Below, one piece after another: positions 28,067 through 38,157 of a DNA stretch of 45,828 nucleotides (positions are counted from its first letter, which is position 1; every line of letters starts with the position of its first letter). The translations under genes and the position numbers were made by a program. Under the pieces are notes generated by a model that was given only the letters and a program-made list of their open reading frames with translations, ran no database searches and was not told the origin of the DNA. Source of the DNA: a virus (lineage: Duplodnaviria; Caudoviricetes); IMG/VR virus record IMGVR_UViG_3300020045_002299, positions 1 to 45,828 of that record; one strand, 5' to 3'.

Positions 28067-29080
28067 ATGTCAACACAAACCCAACCATCAGAACACGAAA
28101 CCGACGAAAACGACATCGTCTCCGTTGTCGAGACAAACACCGAGTTACTTTACTCGCAGGATCGCGCCCTGATCGACATGCAGATCGCAACGGCGAAACA
28201 ATATCCCCGGAACGTTGCCGAGTGCATCGAGGAGGCCATCGCTGTCGCGACAATGGACGCAGAGACAGCCGTTTCGTGTAATTATACAATCCCTCGGGCA
28301 AATAAGATTATAACCGGCGGATCGGTGCATCTCGCAAAGATCCTCGTCCAAACCTGGGGAAACATCAAAGCCGGTGCGCGAGTTGTCGCGACAGACGATA
28401 AGCATGTAATCTCCCAGGCCATTTGTTACGATCTGCAAAAAAACGTCTCGATCACACTCGAGGTAAAACGCTCCATCGTGCAAAACGAGTACAAAAACGG
28501 GCAGAGAACCGGAAACCTGATCCGTATGAGCGACGAAATGATTACGATCACCGGCAACGCCTGCAACTCGATCGCGCTCAGAAACGCCATCTTTTCGGTG
28601 ATCCCAAAGAACGTCGTCGGCAAAGTCTATCAGTCGGCCATCGAAGTAATAACCGGAGACGTATCAACGGACGAGAAGCTGGCGAAACGTCGCGCCGAGG
28701 TGTTCGAGTTTATGCGGACAGCGTTCGGAGTTACAGACTCGGAACTCCTCAAATTTGTTGGAAAGACCGGTTTACGAGGCGTTACGAAAATGGATCTCGT
28801 CGCTCTTTATGGAGTCGCTCAGGCCATCCGAGACAATGAGACGAGCATCGAGACCGCTTTCCGTCCAGGAAAAAAGAGACCGACGGCCAAAGATCCGGAG
28901 GTCGCCAAAGCGTTCCAGGAGACGCAACGCGCCGAGATCAAAAAGGCAGTCGATAAGTTTTCCGAACAAATCAAACCCGACGACCGAGTTTGGATCGACA
29001 AAGTCATCAAAAACAAAACCGTCGGATCTTACACCAAAACACTTTTATTTTTAGAGCAATTCAAAACCCAACTCAAATGA
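28067..29080 (+). CDS. Putative recombination (single-strand annealing) protein
   Basis: AKQYPRN...Y.IPR....TGGSVHLA...WGN phage family; coupled to the exonuclease gene. Confidence 0.55.
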   Translation: MSTQTQPSEHETDENDIVSVVETNTELLYSQDRALIDMQIATAKQYPRNVAECIEEAIAVATMDAETAVSCNYTIPRANKIITGGSVHLAKILVQTWGNIKAGARVVATDDKHVISQAICYDLQKNVSITLEVKRSIVQNEYKNGQRTGNLIRMSDEMITITGNACNSIALRNAIFSVIPKNVVGKVYQSAIEVITGDVSTDEKLAKRRAEVFEFMRTAFGVTDSELLKFVGKTGLRGVTKMDLVALYGVAQAIRDNETSIETAFRPGKKRPTAKDPEVAKAFQETQRAEIKKAVDKFSEQIKPDDRVWIDKVIKNKTVGSYTKTLLFLEQFKTQLK

Positions 29081-29820
29081 TTTTAAATAAAGACAGGATC
29101 GGCCGGCCGACATCAAGTAAGGCCAGCCTATTAGCAAAAAACGGTCGCCAGGCGTTCGGTTTCAGCGATGCCGCGATCACTTACTTAAACAAAAAGAGAG
29201 CCGAACGTTACCTCGGCCGCTCGACGGATACGGGAGGTTATGCAAAGCCGTTATATTGGGGAAAATGCCTCGAGTATATCCTGTTTGAGCAGAAACTCGG
29301 AAACGAGTACGAGATCGTTTCTAAGGAGACAGTCGTGCATCCCGATTACAAGTTTTGGAGTGGATCTCCCGACTTTATCGTCCCGACCGTTAAGGTATCC
29401 GAGGGAAAATGCTTTTATCCTGATAAGTTTTTCCTATACTCTGAGGCATTGCAGAAAGGCGATCTCGAGAACCTAAAGAAAAATTTCGACGAGGAATATT
29501 GGCAAATAGTATCAAATGCCGCAATCCTCGGCCTGGATAACGGAGAGGGCATCGCTTACATGCCGACGCTCGAGGATTTGGAAAAACTCCGTTACAGGAT
29601 CGCCGAGACCGATTTCATCCGCGAGCAGTTCCCAGGCGAGGAGGAGTGGAAATTTAAGTTTATCGCAGACGATCCGATCGAGACTCTGCCCTGGATCGCG
29701 CCCGAGTCAAATTGGCCGGATCTCGTAAAGCATGAGTTTTTTATCCCGAGTGAGGATATTGTTTACCTGACTCAACGATTTAAAAATGCTGAGTTATACA
29801 TTACCGGTCAAAATGGATAA
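29077..29820 (+). CDS. YqaJ/lambda-type exonuclease (PD-(D/E)xK)
   Basis: RIGRPTSS, G..LE, SGSPD and EGKC motifs; ATG 29077 overlaps the upstream TGA. Confidence 0.8.
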   Translation: MILNKDRIGRPTSSKASLLAKNGRQAFGFSDAAITYLNKKRAERYLGRSTDTGGYAKPLYWGKCLEYILFEQKLGNEYEIVSKETVVHPDYKFWSGSPDFIVPTVKVSEGKCFYPDKFFLYSEALQKGDLENLKKNFDEEYWQIVSNAAILGLDNGEGIAYMPTLEDLEKLRYRIAETDFIREQFPGEEEWKFKFIADDPIETLPWIAPESNWPDLVKHEFFIPSEDIVYLTQRFKNAELYITGQNG

Positions 29821-30595
29821 TGCGATAAGGAAAAATTTCACGATCACGCCAAACGAGTTAATCGACGACAACAGCATCTCGATCCAGGCGCGTTTCCTGT
29901 TCGTTTACCTGGCCTCAAAGCCTGACGATTGGAAATTCTACAACTCGGCATTAAACAAGGCGTTAGGGATCTCGGACGACACTCGCCGCAAATACATGAA
30001 CGAACTCGCGTTAAAAGGCTGGATCAGTAAGATCCAAAAGAAACTCGAGACAGGCCAATGGTGCGAGAACGACATCACATTGCATCCGTACCCTAATTTT
30101 TCCGGTACGGTGAAAACACCGCCTCCGAAAATTACCGCACCCGAAAAAAACGGAAGCGGTAAAAGTCCGGAACTTAATAATAATAATGTATTAACAAATA
30201 CTGATTTATTTACTGAAAACGAAATCCCGTTTTTACCGAAAGACATAATTTTGTATTTGAACCAAAAGAAAGGCGGAGCAGGTTTCCGATTGATGGACTC
30301 GAATTACACCGAGATCAAAGCCAGGATAAAGGATAAATTCCAGGCCGAGGATTTCAGAAAGGTAATCGATGCCGCGATTATAAAATGGAAAGACGATCCG
30401 GTTAACAAAAAATTCATTCGACCGGAAACGCTTTTCGGCAAAAAATTTAATTCGTACCTCGTCGAAGCTGACGACATTATAAACGGAACGCAAATAACCA
30501 AAACCAATGAGCCAAAACTTAATAACAACAAACAGTCCTACAAATTTGACGCTCTTTCCATCATCGAGCAACAAACCGATGCTCGCCAAACTTAA
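29813..30595 (+). CDS. Replication initiator protein (N-terminal HTH, conserved phage C-terminal domain)
   Basis: NFTITPNELI...ARFLFVYLASKPDDW; RPETLFGKKFNSYL. Confidence 0.8.
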   Translation: MDNAIRKNFTITPNELIDDNSISIQARFLFVYLASKPDDWKFYNSALNKALGISDDTRRKYMNELALKGWISKIQKKLETGQWCENDITLHPYPNFSGTVKTPPPKITAPEKNGSGKSPELNNNNVLTNTDLFTENEIPFLPKDIILYLNQKKGGAGFRLMDSNYTEIKARIKDKFQAEDFRKVIDAAIIKWKDDPVNKKFIRPETLFGKKFNSYLVEADDIINGTQITKTNEPKLNNNKQSYKFDALSIIEQQTDARQT

Positions 30596-31403
30596 TGAGG
30601 ATTATCCGAAAATTAGAAACATCCAAACGCTCGAGGAGTTAAACGAGTTGGTTAATTTCATGGTTCAGATCTTAAACATTAAAATCTCGACTCCCGAGGA
30701 GAAAAAAGATCTCGATTTCCAAATGGTTTTAGCACTCGACCTCATCCGAAAAAAGTTTGGCGGACTAACAGTCCCGGAGGTAAAGGAGGCCTTTAAAATG
30801 TACGTCTCCCATCAGTTTGATATTAAAGTCTTTCGTCTGTTGGATTGTGTCAGTATCGGCGAGATCCTCAACGCTTACACCGAGTATCGAAATGAGTCTT
30901 TGCGGATCTACACCGACAAAAAGCAAAAGGAGGCCGACAAAGCCGACAAACTGCCTCGGGAGGAGGTGCTGTCGATTATGAAATCCGGGATTATCGACTG
31001 TTATATGGAATTTTTGGAGACCGGCATCGTTGACGACGGAAAGTTTTACATTTTTCAAACCTTATACCAAATCGGCATTTTGCCGAGAATGGAGGACGAA
31101 AGCGAGGAGGATCGTCCAATCGCCAGGGCATACGCGGCGCGGAAAGAGTTGGCAAAGAGTCAAATCCGTACCGAGTTGACAATCGCAAAAACCAAAGAGA
31201 CCGACAAATTTAAAAAGGATGAGTATGTCGCCGAATATCTCAGGGTAAAAAACGACGAGAGTCAGTCGGTAAATAATCGGGCGATGGCGTTGGTGCTGGC
31301 TGGTTATTTCGACAAATTGAAAAATAACCCGAAACTCGAGAACCCGATGTCGGAACTCGAGAGGCTGGTCGATGAGAATATCGAAAAATATATTTATGAG
31401 TAG
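30507..31403 (+). CDS. Hypothetical replication protein (helicase-loader position)
   Basis: Directly follows the initiator. Confidence 0.55.
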   Translation: MSQNLITTNSPTNLTLFPSSSNKPMLAKLNEDYPKIRNIQTLEELNELVNFMVQILNIKISTPEEKKDLDFQMVLALDLIRKKFGGLTVPEVKEAFKMYVSHQFDIKVFRLLDCVSIGEILNAYTEYRNESLRIYTDKKQKEADKADKLPREEVLSIMKSGIIDCYMEFLETGIVDDGKFYIFQTLYQIGILPRMEDESEEDRPIARAYAARKELAKSQIRTELTIAKTKETDKFKKDEYVAEYLRVKNDESQSVNNRAMALVLAGYFDKLKNNPKLENPMSELERLVDENIEKYIYE

Positions 31404-31932
31404 AGCAGTTATCGGAATAGATCCAGGAGCAAACGGCGGAATAGCTGTTTACACGAAAGGCAGGGCGACGGCTGTCCGTATGCCTAAAGACGTTTTCGAG
31501 TTGAACACGTATTTAAAATTTCTTATCGATACATACGAAACGCCGCTGGTATTTATCGAGAAAGTGCAGGCTTTCATCGAGGACGATGCCGCTCCTGGCA
31601 AAAAGTTCGCCATTAACAAAATGCTCGACAATCAATCGCAGATCCACACGATCCTCAAATTAAACGGCATCCCATACGTTGAAGTTTATCCGGTGTCGTG
31701 GCAAAATAACGCTTACATCAAATGTCATCAAAAGGATGCCGCCAAAGGCGACAGAAAAAAACATTACGCTCATATCGCACAAACCACATTCCCGGAGGTA
31801 AAGGTTAACCTCAGCGTCGCCGATGCGCTTTGTCTTATAATTTTCGGGACGGACAAACTCAAAAACGATATTAATTGGGTGATCGATCGAGTGAAAAACA
31901 GTAACAGCATAGACCTCCGGCTGTTTGTATAA
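31396..31932 (+). CDS. RuvC-like Holliday junction resolvase
   Basis: IGIDPG..GGIA, FIEKV, V.P..WQ and ADALC motifs. Confidence 0.8.
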   Translation: MSRAVIGIDPGANGGIAVYTKGRATAVRMPKDVFELNTYLKFLIDTYETPLVFIEKVQAFIEDDAAPGKKFAINKMLDNQSQIHTILKLNGIPYVEVYPVSWQNNAYIKCHQKDAAKGDRKKHYAHIAQTTFPEVKVNLSVADALCLIIFGTDKLKNDINWVIDRVKNSNSIDLRLFV

Positions 31933-31968
31933 TGGAGGCGCAATATTAATTATTTTAAACCCGTAATC

Positions 31969-32589
31969 ATGGCAAAAACACATGAACAACAAAGACAAAG
32001 GAGGCTCGAGTTTCAACACTTCGGACTCAAAAAAATCAAATCGACAAAGGACGGCATCTCCGCGAAGTATTTCGAGTCAGGAGGATCGGTAAACGAGATT
32101 TTGATCGTCGCGCACGGCGAGCCTCATCCTGATTTTACCAAAGCACTTTCCGACCTGGCTCAGTATTACGCACTAAGTCTCGGACTCCTCTCCGGATGGG
32201 ATTTTGCGCGTGAGAACCTGAGAGACAATGGCGAGGCGTTGAAAGAGGCCATAATCGGAAACGATCGCGAGATCGCCCGTTGCATGGTTGTCGGAGTGTC
32301 TTATCTCGGAGACGGAGACACCGCTGGAGCAAAGATCCTCGGATCTCTGAAATGCGACAATAATTGGGTAAAATGCGACACGCCTAAAATCCCGTTCGCA
32401 ACTGATAAACTCGGTTACGAGAAAACTCTCGAGAAGCTGGTCGAAATTGTGAGAGCCGAGTCGTATAATTACATTTTCAACAACAAACGCGCCCAGGAGG
32501 ATCTCGAGAGACAAGCCAACGGAGACGAGGCCAACGACATCAAAACGGCCGATTTGTTCAAAGACTGGCCGGAGGAAAAAAAGGATTAA
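31969..32589 (+). CDS. Hypothetical protein
   Basis: Long ORF with good start context. Confidence 0.75.
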   Translation: MAKTHEQQRQRRLEFQHFGLKKIKSTKDGISAKYFESGGSVNEILIVAHGEPHPDFTKALSDLAQYYALSLGLLSGWDFARENLRDNGEALKEAIIGNDREIARCMVVGVSYLGDGDTAGAKILGSLKCDNNWVKCDTPKIPFATDKLGYEKTLEKLVEIVRAESYNYIFNNKRAQEDLERQANGDEANDIKTADLFKDWPEEKKD

Positions 32590-32592
32590 ACT

Positions 32593-33033
32593 TTGAAGCC
32601 AAAGAAATGTAAAAATCCCGAGTGCGAAGTCGGTCGCTACATACCGGTAAAAAGTCCGGATAGTGGATACTGCTCGCCTCGGTGTTTTTATCAGCACAAA
32701 CCGCCGAAACCTCGATCGGCCATAAATCAAAAATCTAAAAAGCGCAAAGCCGAGGACAAAATTTATACTCCAGGCCGTAAGGAGTTCCTCGCGTTACCGG
32801 AAAACCAATTTTGTTTTATAGATGGTTGCTCCAGGAGAGCAACGACGATCGAGCATATAATGGGACGAAAGGGATACGCTGACGATTGGGCGCGAGACAA
32901 TAAAATCTCGCTTTACATCGATCAAAGATTTTGGAGGCCTTGCTGTTTCCAGCATAACGGCGAACTCGAAAATAATCCGGAACTGTCAAAAACTTATCAA
33001 CTATCGAAAATTCATGGCGGCAAAAAAGAGTAA
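32593..33033 (+). CDS. NinG/HNH-like zinc-binding nuclease
   Basis: CxxxxC...YCSxxC; C...C...EH..GR...CC..H. Confidence 0.55.
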   Translation: MKPKKCKNPECEVGRYIPVKSPDSGYCSPRCFYQHKPPKPRSAINQKSKKRKAEDKIYTPGRKEFLALPENQFCFIDGCSRRATTIEHIMGRKGYADDWARDNKISLYIDQRFWRPCCFQHNGELENNPELSKTYQLSKIHGGKKE

Positions 33034-33214
33034 CACCGATCCGATCGCGCACCTGCTCGATCCAAACACCGTGATCGATGTCTTTAAAATCAAAGGCGAC
33101 CGGATACAGCATAAGCAAATGACGCACGGGCAGGCCATCAAAAACAAAAAAGAGCCTGGATGGAGATACGTCTTTTACCAGGTCGGTTTCAGTTCATTAA
33201 AAGCAACAGAGTAA
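33014..33214 (+). CDS. Small hypothetical protein
   Basis: Fills the gap between flanking genes. Confidence 0.65.
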   Translation: MAAKKSNTDPIAHLLDPNTVIDVFKIKGDRIQHKQMTHGQAIKNKKEPGWRYVFYQVGFSSLKATE

Positions 33215-33216
33215 AA

Positions 33217-33603
33217 ATGGAAATATCAGGAAAAATTAAAGTAATCAATCCGGAGCAACAGGTCTCCGCATCGTTTAGAAAACGAGAACTCGTCGTTACG
33301 ACGGAGGAGCAATATCCTCAGCATATAAGCATCGATTTCACTCAGGATAAATGCGACCTGTTAAACAGTTTTAAACCCGGACAGTTTGTTGTCGTAGCGA
33401 TCAACCTCACAGGTCGAGAATGGGTAAACCCACAGGGAGAGACCAAATATTTTAACACGATCAAAGGCTGGAATATTAAACTTGACTCTCAGCATGCAGG
33501 AAATCAGATCCCTCAGCCAACACCTCAACCGGCCGCAAAAGCGAACGAACCGGAGAAAAACTCCGCTTTCACCGAGGAGGAACACGACGACCTCCCGTTT
33601 TAA
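33217..33603 (+). CDS. DUF3127 family OB-fold protein (SSB-like)
   Basis: MEISGKIK...FRKRELVV...EQYPQ...GREW...YFN.I.GW; acidic DDLPF tail. Confidence 0.88.
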   Translation: MEISGKIKVINPEQQVSASFRKRELVVTTEEQYPQHISIDFTQDKCDLLNSFKPGQFVVVAINLTGREWVNPQGETKYFNTIKGWNIKLDSQHAGNQIPQPTPQPAAKANEPEKNSAFTEEEHDDLPF

Positions 33604-33650
33604 AATAAATTAAATAATGTTTGGAGATTAAATAATTTACTTTATATTTG
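33601..33650 (+). promoter_or_regulatory. Early promoter cassette (TTTG-N19-TATATTTG), identical to 45451-45500
   Basis: Exact 50-bp repeat; Bacteroidota primary-sigma consensus. Confidence 0.88.
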
Positions 33651-33672
33651 CATTACCTAAAACACAATAGTA

Positions 33673-33918
33673 ATGCAAAAGTCAACGAAAGCGATCAAGT
33701 CATCAAACCCAAAAGTCGCCGCGATAAATAAAAACTTTATCATTCGATGGCGCAAACATGGCGAGAAAAAATGGAAACTCGTCTCCGCCGGAAAATATCA
33801 CACCGTCGTCCAGGAGGAGACTCTCGAGAGGCATTTCGAGAAAGTCATGGACGGAACTCAGCAGAATTACACATTTAAAATCCGCGAGCAACTCGAGATC
33901 GTGTTTGTCGCAAAATAA
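33673..33918 (+). CDS. Small basic hypothetical early protein
   Basis: First gene after the promoter. Confidence 0.75.
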   Translation: MQKSTKAIKSSNPKVAAINKNFIIRWRKHGEKKWKLVSAGKYHTVVQEETLERHFEKVMDGTQQNYTFKIREQLEIVFVAK

Positions 33919-33945
33919 TCATTCACTAATTTAATATTTTACCAC

Positions 33946-35457
33946 ATGGCAGAAAATGCAGAAACCCAACCGGAAGAAATCCCAGGAGTCGAGTTGTCGG
34001 TTATCAAACCGGAACAATTAACCATTATCCAGGGACTCGAGAAACGTCAACTCGAGATCGTCGAAAAAAATCCCTTTGTCAAAATTACAGATAAGGCGAC
34101 GTATGAAAAGGCGAAACAGCACCGCACCAATCTCCTAACGGCCAGCACGACCGTCGAGAAAGAGGACGACAATTTCGGGCGCGTTGCTCGAAATTTCATC
34201 GCCCAGGCTCGCGCGAAAATTATCCAATGCGCCAAACTCACTCGAGATCCTTACGAGAAACAACAGGAGGAGGTTAAGCGGCACGAAAAAATATTGCAGG
34301 ACGAGATCGACCGTAAGGCGAAAATCGCCAAAGAGCGCGAGGATAGGATTAAGGCGAGCATCGAGTTTTTGATCCAGGAGTATAACGACATTATCGAGGT
34401 TTTGACTTACGACTCGATCGCGACTCAGACGGAGCATATCACCGAGAGCATCAAAAACCATCGCGGCACTTTTGAGGAGTTCGACATCCTGTTCAACAGG
34501 GACTCGGAAAATGTCCTCACCAGGCTATCGGACAAAACTCAAACTTTGACCTCAGCGTTTGAACAGGCCGAGGAACTCCGCAAAAAAGCGCACACCGATA
34601 AGATCGCCGAGATCGAACTCAAAATTAAAACAATCGTCCTGGATCTTACTCCGGAAAATTTCGAGGCCAAAGAGAAAGAGTTCCAATCCATCGCAAACGG
34701 AGAGTACAATTTCGAGGAGTTCGATGCTGATTACAAGGCCAAACACGAGGAACTCGCGACGCTATTCCTTAACAAATCCAACGAGATCCATAAGGCACTC
34801 GAGTCGGAAAGACAACACGAGGCCGATCAAAAAGAACTCGAGGAACTCCGCGCAAAAAACAGGTACAACGACAGATCCAAAACCCTGATCGAGATCGGGA
34901 TGGCTGTCCAGGAAAACGGAGATTTCGCTGTCCTGGATCTTACTTACTCGAAAGGCGATATAATCGCGGATGAGTTGGAGATTTTCGAGCAGACCGTCGA
35001 GAATATTATCAAATTTATCGAGACCGAGACCAAAAAAGAAAACGAGGAAACTCCAGCGGCCGAAACTGCCGTCGAACCAGCGGCGCAAATTCCGGGAGAG
35101 GTTGCGACTGATTATTCTGCCGCATTTCAACAGCCGCAAAGTCCGGAGGAGATCGCAGAGATCAAAACGACCGGAGAGATCCATGTAAACGGAGATTTGC
35201 AGGCAGGAAACCCGGAGGAGAAACTTTCCGGAGCGATCGAAGTTATCGAAAGCACTATCCCAAAATGGGAGCGCATCGGTTACGTTACAACAGCCGGAGA
35301 GATGCGAGCGGCGTTGGCCGAGTACGGAGATGACGTTCCTCTCGGGTTCGTAAACCAGCCGGTACAAGTTTTATTTAAAATCACCAGCGGCGGCGATGTC
35401 CTGCTCGGTTTCCATAGTGAAGCACCAGCGATCGAGAACGTAATGGAGGGAAAATAA
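33946..35457 (+). CDS. Acidic coiled-coil protein
   Basis: 503 aa, E/K-rich and helical. Confidence 0.8.
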   Translation: MAENAETQPEEIPGVELSVIKPEQLTIIQGLEKRQLEIVEKNPFVKITDKATYEKAKQHRTNLLTASTTVEKEDDNFGRVARNFIAQARAKIIQCAKLTRDPYEKQQEEVKRHEKILQDEIDRKAKIAKEREDRIKASIEFLIQEYNDIIEVLTYDSIATQTEHITESIKNHRGTFEEFDILFNRDSENVLTRLSDKTQTLTSAFEQAEELRKKAHTDKIAEIELKIKTIVLDLTPENFEAKEKEFQSIANGEYNFEEFDADYKAKHEELATLFLNKSNEIHKALESERQHEADQKELEELRAKNRYNDRSKTLIEIGMAVQENGDFAVLDLTYSKGDIIADELEIFEQTVENIIKFIETETKKENEETPAAETAVEPAAQIPGEVATDYSAAFQQPQSPEEIAEIKTTGEIHVNGDLQAGNPEEKLSGAIEVIESTIPKWERIGYVTTAGEMRAALAEYGDDVPLGFVNQPVQVLFKITSGGDVLLGFHSEAPAIENVMEGK

Positions 35458-35579
35458 TGGACGCTTTTTTTACAGCAATAGAAAATCACCGAGGAGCGGC
35501 CTTTGCTGTCGCTCTCTTTGTGGTTATTGTCGTCGCTCTTATTTGTAGTACATTTGAGGCCAAAGACAAACCAAAGTAA
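35457..35579 (+). CDS. 40-aa single-pass membrane protein (below ORF-track cutoff)
   Basis: TAATG coupling; MDAFFTAIENHRGAAFAVALFVVIVVALICSTFEAKDKPK. Confidence 0.65.
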   Translation: MDAFFTAIENHRGAAFAVALFVVIVVALICSTFEAKDKPK

Positions 35580-35604
35580 ATTTTTAACATCAAAATCGAG
35601 AATT

Positions 35605-35925
35605 ATGGAAAGCCATAAGCAAAACAAAAAAAGGGCGACCAAAGAGCAACCGGTCGAAATTACCGCTCCGGAGTTGGCATCGGTCGAGCGCATGAAAATA
35701 ATCGAAAGGTCTCTCATGGATGCGCTGACGGCCTCCTCCAAAGAGGCCAAAGAAAACGGGAAAGGAGAGTTTACGGTTTATGAGATTATGAAAGTCCTCT
35801 CCAAAGTCCAGCATCATTACTCGGGCATAGGTGTCGAGTTCCAATGGGAGGACGCGAACGCCCGGAACACCGAGACGATCGAGTCGGCCAAAACGATCCA
35901 GTTACCCGTCGAAAAACAGAACTAA
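35605..35925 (+). CDS. Hypothetical protein
   Basis: Start MESHKQ at 35605; followed by a terminator. Confidence 0.7.
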   Translation: MESHKQNKKRATKEQPVEITAPELASVERMKIIERSLMDALTASSKEAKENGKGEFTVYEIMKVLSKVQHHYSGIGVEFQWEDANARNTETIESAKTIQLPVEKQN

Positions 35926-35929
35926 AACC

Positions 35930-35958
35930 AAAACCGAGACATCCTCTCGGTTTTTTTT
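35930..35958 (+). terminator. Rho-independent terminator
   Basis: AAAACCGAGA-CATCC-TCTCGGTTTT followed by Ts. Confidence 0.85.
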
Positions 35959-35966
35959 ATGCAATG

Positions 35967-36015
35967 AAAATAAATTAAATAATGTTTGGTAAATAAATAA
36001 TTTACTTTATATTTG
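35967..36015 (+). promoter_or_regulatory. Early promoter cassette (3 mismatches to the 33601 copy)
   Basis: AAAATAAATTAAATAATGTTTGG-taaa-TAAATAATTTACTTTATATTTG. Confidence 0.88.
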
Positions 36016-36045
36016 TCAAAGTAAAAACACCTAAACACAAATATC

Positions 36046-36981
36046 ATGCAGACCAAAACGATCAAAGCAATCATTACAAAAAAACTCGAGGAGTGGCTCG
36101 AGACGATCACCGACGAGCAACTCCGTAAAGAAGTAAAGAAAAACATCCTCCTCAGCGGCGGATCGATTACGGCCATGTTTCTAAATATGCCGGTCAACGA
36201 TTACGACATTTACATCCAGGACATGAACGTCCTGTTACGCCTGGCGAGATATTACTGTCCTAACGACGTTCTCGATGGCCGTCTCCGGGATCAGTACCTC
36301 CAAAACTATTTCGACGAGAACAGCACCTCGAAACAAAAGGCAGATCACCGCATGGCGAACGTGGACGAGGATATGTCCGAGATGGTCGTCAGACTCAAAA
36401 ACCTAAAGCCTGACCAGGTTAAATTAAACATTAACGGAACAGGCGTAAAGATGACACTCCAGGAGGGCGTAAAATACCAGGTCGCTTTCCTTTCTCAAAA
36501 TGCCATCAGTCTCACCGATGACATCCAAATCGTCCTCCGTTTCAGCGGTAACGCCGAGGAGATCCATAAAACTTTCGACTTTATCCATGCGACCAACTAC
36601 TTTACATTTGCGGACGGCCTGGTTACAAACATTAAGGCTCTCGAGTGTACGCTGACAAAGGAGTTAAAATACCAGGGATCTCTTTATCCGCTTACGTCGA
36701 TTATTCGCATGAAAAAATTTATACTCCGAGGCTGGAAAATCAACGCCGGGGAGATCTTAAAAATCATGTTTCAGATCTCGGAACTCAACCTCAAAAATCC
36801 GGAAGTACTCGAGGAGCAACTGATCGGAGTCGATATTGCATACTTTGCAAAGCTGATCGAGATCCTGAGAGGTGTCGAGTCCGACAAAATTTGCTCGACT
36901 TACCTCAACGCCTTAATTGACCGCGTTTTTAACGATCACGTTGAGGATGACGATGTCGAAAACACCAACGATCCTCGATAA
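36046..36981 (+). CDS. Pol-beta-superfamily nucleotidyltransferase (CCA/poly(A) polymerase head-like)
   Basis: LSGGSI...NDYDIY catalytic motif; FDF; R..KF..RGW. Confidence 0.7.
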   Translation: MQTKTIKAIITKKLEEWLETITDEQLRKEVKKNILLSGGSITAMFLNMPVNDYDIYIQDMNVLLRLARYYCPNDVLDGRLRDQYLQNYFDENSTSKQKADHRMANVDEDMSEMVVRLKNLKPDQVKLNINGTGVKMTLQEGVKYQVAFLSQNAISLTDDIQIVLRFSGNAEEIHKTFDFIHATNYFTFADGLVTNIKALECTLTKELKYQGSLYPLTSIIRMKKFILRGWKINAGEILKIMFQISELNLKNPEVLEEQLIGVDIAYFAKLIEILRGVESDKICSTYLNALIDRVFNDHVEDDDVENTNDPR

Positions 36982-37480
36982 GATGCCGAGTGCACAAAGT
37001 AAAAAGGTTTTCGCTGAGACCAAAATCACCAACTTTAAAAGCTGGCTGGCTCAGAACGGAGCGGAGATCCTCCCGAAAACGAACGAGTACGAGGCCGTAA
37101 GGTTCAAAGGAAAAGAGACCGGAGTTTTATATAATTCCGGCCGGTTCTCCGGAGACTATGCGAGAGCAGCCTGGGATGCTTTTACCAAAGGAAAAAAATG
37201 GGACGGCTTTCCGATCAGCACCGGGAGAAAGGCGACGTATAAAGCCGAAAAAAAGAAAATACTCCTCCGAGATGGTTGCGCCTGTTTTTATTGCGCCGAA
37301 CTCATGGGCGAGGACATCACTCTCGAGCATCTCGTCCCTCTCACCGCTGGCGGACAGAATAACCTCAGTAATATGGTGCTGGCGCATGAGGATTGTAATA
37401 ATAAAATGGGTTTCAAACATATCTCCGAAAAGGTTGCGTATGCCGTAAAGATGCGCGTCGAAAAAATCACAAAACAGTAA
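36953..37480 (+). CDS. HNH endonuclease
   Basis: RDG..CFYC...TLEHLVPL..GG.N..SN.VLAH..CNN. Confidence 0.85.
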   Translation: MSKTPTILDKMPSAQSKKVFAETKITNFKSWLAQNGAEILPKTNEYEAVRFKGKETGVLYNSGRFSGDYARAAWDAFTKGKKWDGFPISTGRKATYKAEKKKILLRDGCACFYCAELMGEDITLEHLVPLTAGGQNNLSNMVLAHEDCNNKMGFKHISEKVAYAVKMRVEKITKQ

Positions 37481-37486
37481 TTTATT

Positions 37487-38152
37487 ATGGCAAAAGTTTC
37501 TTATATAAAATTAGCGATTGACACGCCTGATCCTAAAACTTACGAGGTGCATTATCAGGGTAAAAGTGCAAATAGAAAGACAAAATTACCGGGTTTTTAT
37601 GTTAATGGATTACCGAGTGATTTTTGTCGCATCACCGATATAAGGTCGGACGGTTACGATACCGAAGTCGCACTAAGTGACACGATGCACCGGGCAGTAA
37701 ATATTTATAGAGAGTTCCACAAAAATAGTAAACGGGTGATTTTGTTCCGGTGTTCTGCCTCTGCTGAGTTACGCATGGAGAAAGTAAAACAGGGACATTA
37801 TATCGGGCATCGGAAAGGCATCTCTCATAAGATCAGAGGAACGGATTACGGAGCAGATGAGGCGACGATCGGCATCTCCTACATAATAGCCGAAAAGATC
37901 CAGGACTCCGCAAAAACAGAATATTTTCGGACAGATCCAGCAAATGATTATCAGATAAACGGCCGGATCACAAGCGACTTAAATTATACTGTTATCGATT
38001 GGACGGAGGAGAGAGAGGCATTTTTCTCCAGTCTTTACGACTCAATGCGAGTACTACTCGATAAAATGAATTTATTTTTCGGAGAGGATGCAGACAAAGC
38101 GGCTCTTTTCATCGATAATAATCCTTTACTTTTAACCGGAAAAACCAATTAA
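37487..38152 (+). CDS. Hypothetical protein
   Basis: Long ORF in the operon. Confidence 0.75.
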   Translation: MAKVSYIKLAIDTPDPKTYEVHYQGKSANRKTKLPGFYVNGLPSDFCRITDIRSDGYDTEVALSDTMHRAVNIYREFHKNSKRVILFRCSASAELRMEKVKQGHYIGHRKGISHKIRGTDYGADEATIGISYIIAEKIQDSAKTEYFRTDPANDYQINGRITSDLNYTVIDWTEEREAFFSSLYDSMRVLLDKMNLFFGEDADKAALFIDNNPLLLTGKTN

Positions 38153-38157
38153 ACAGC

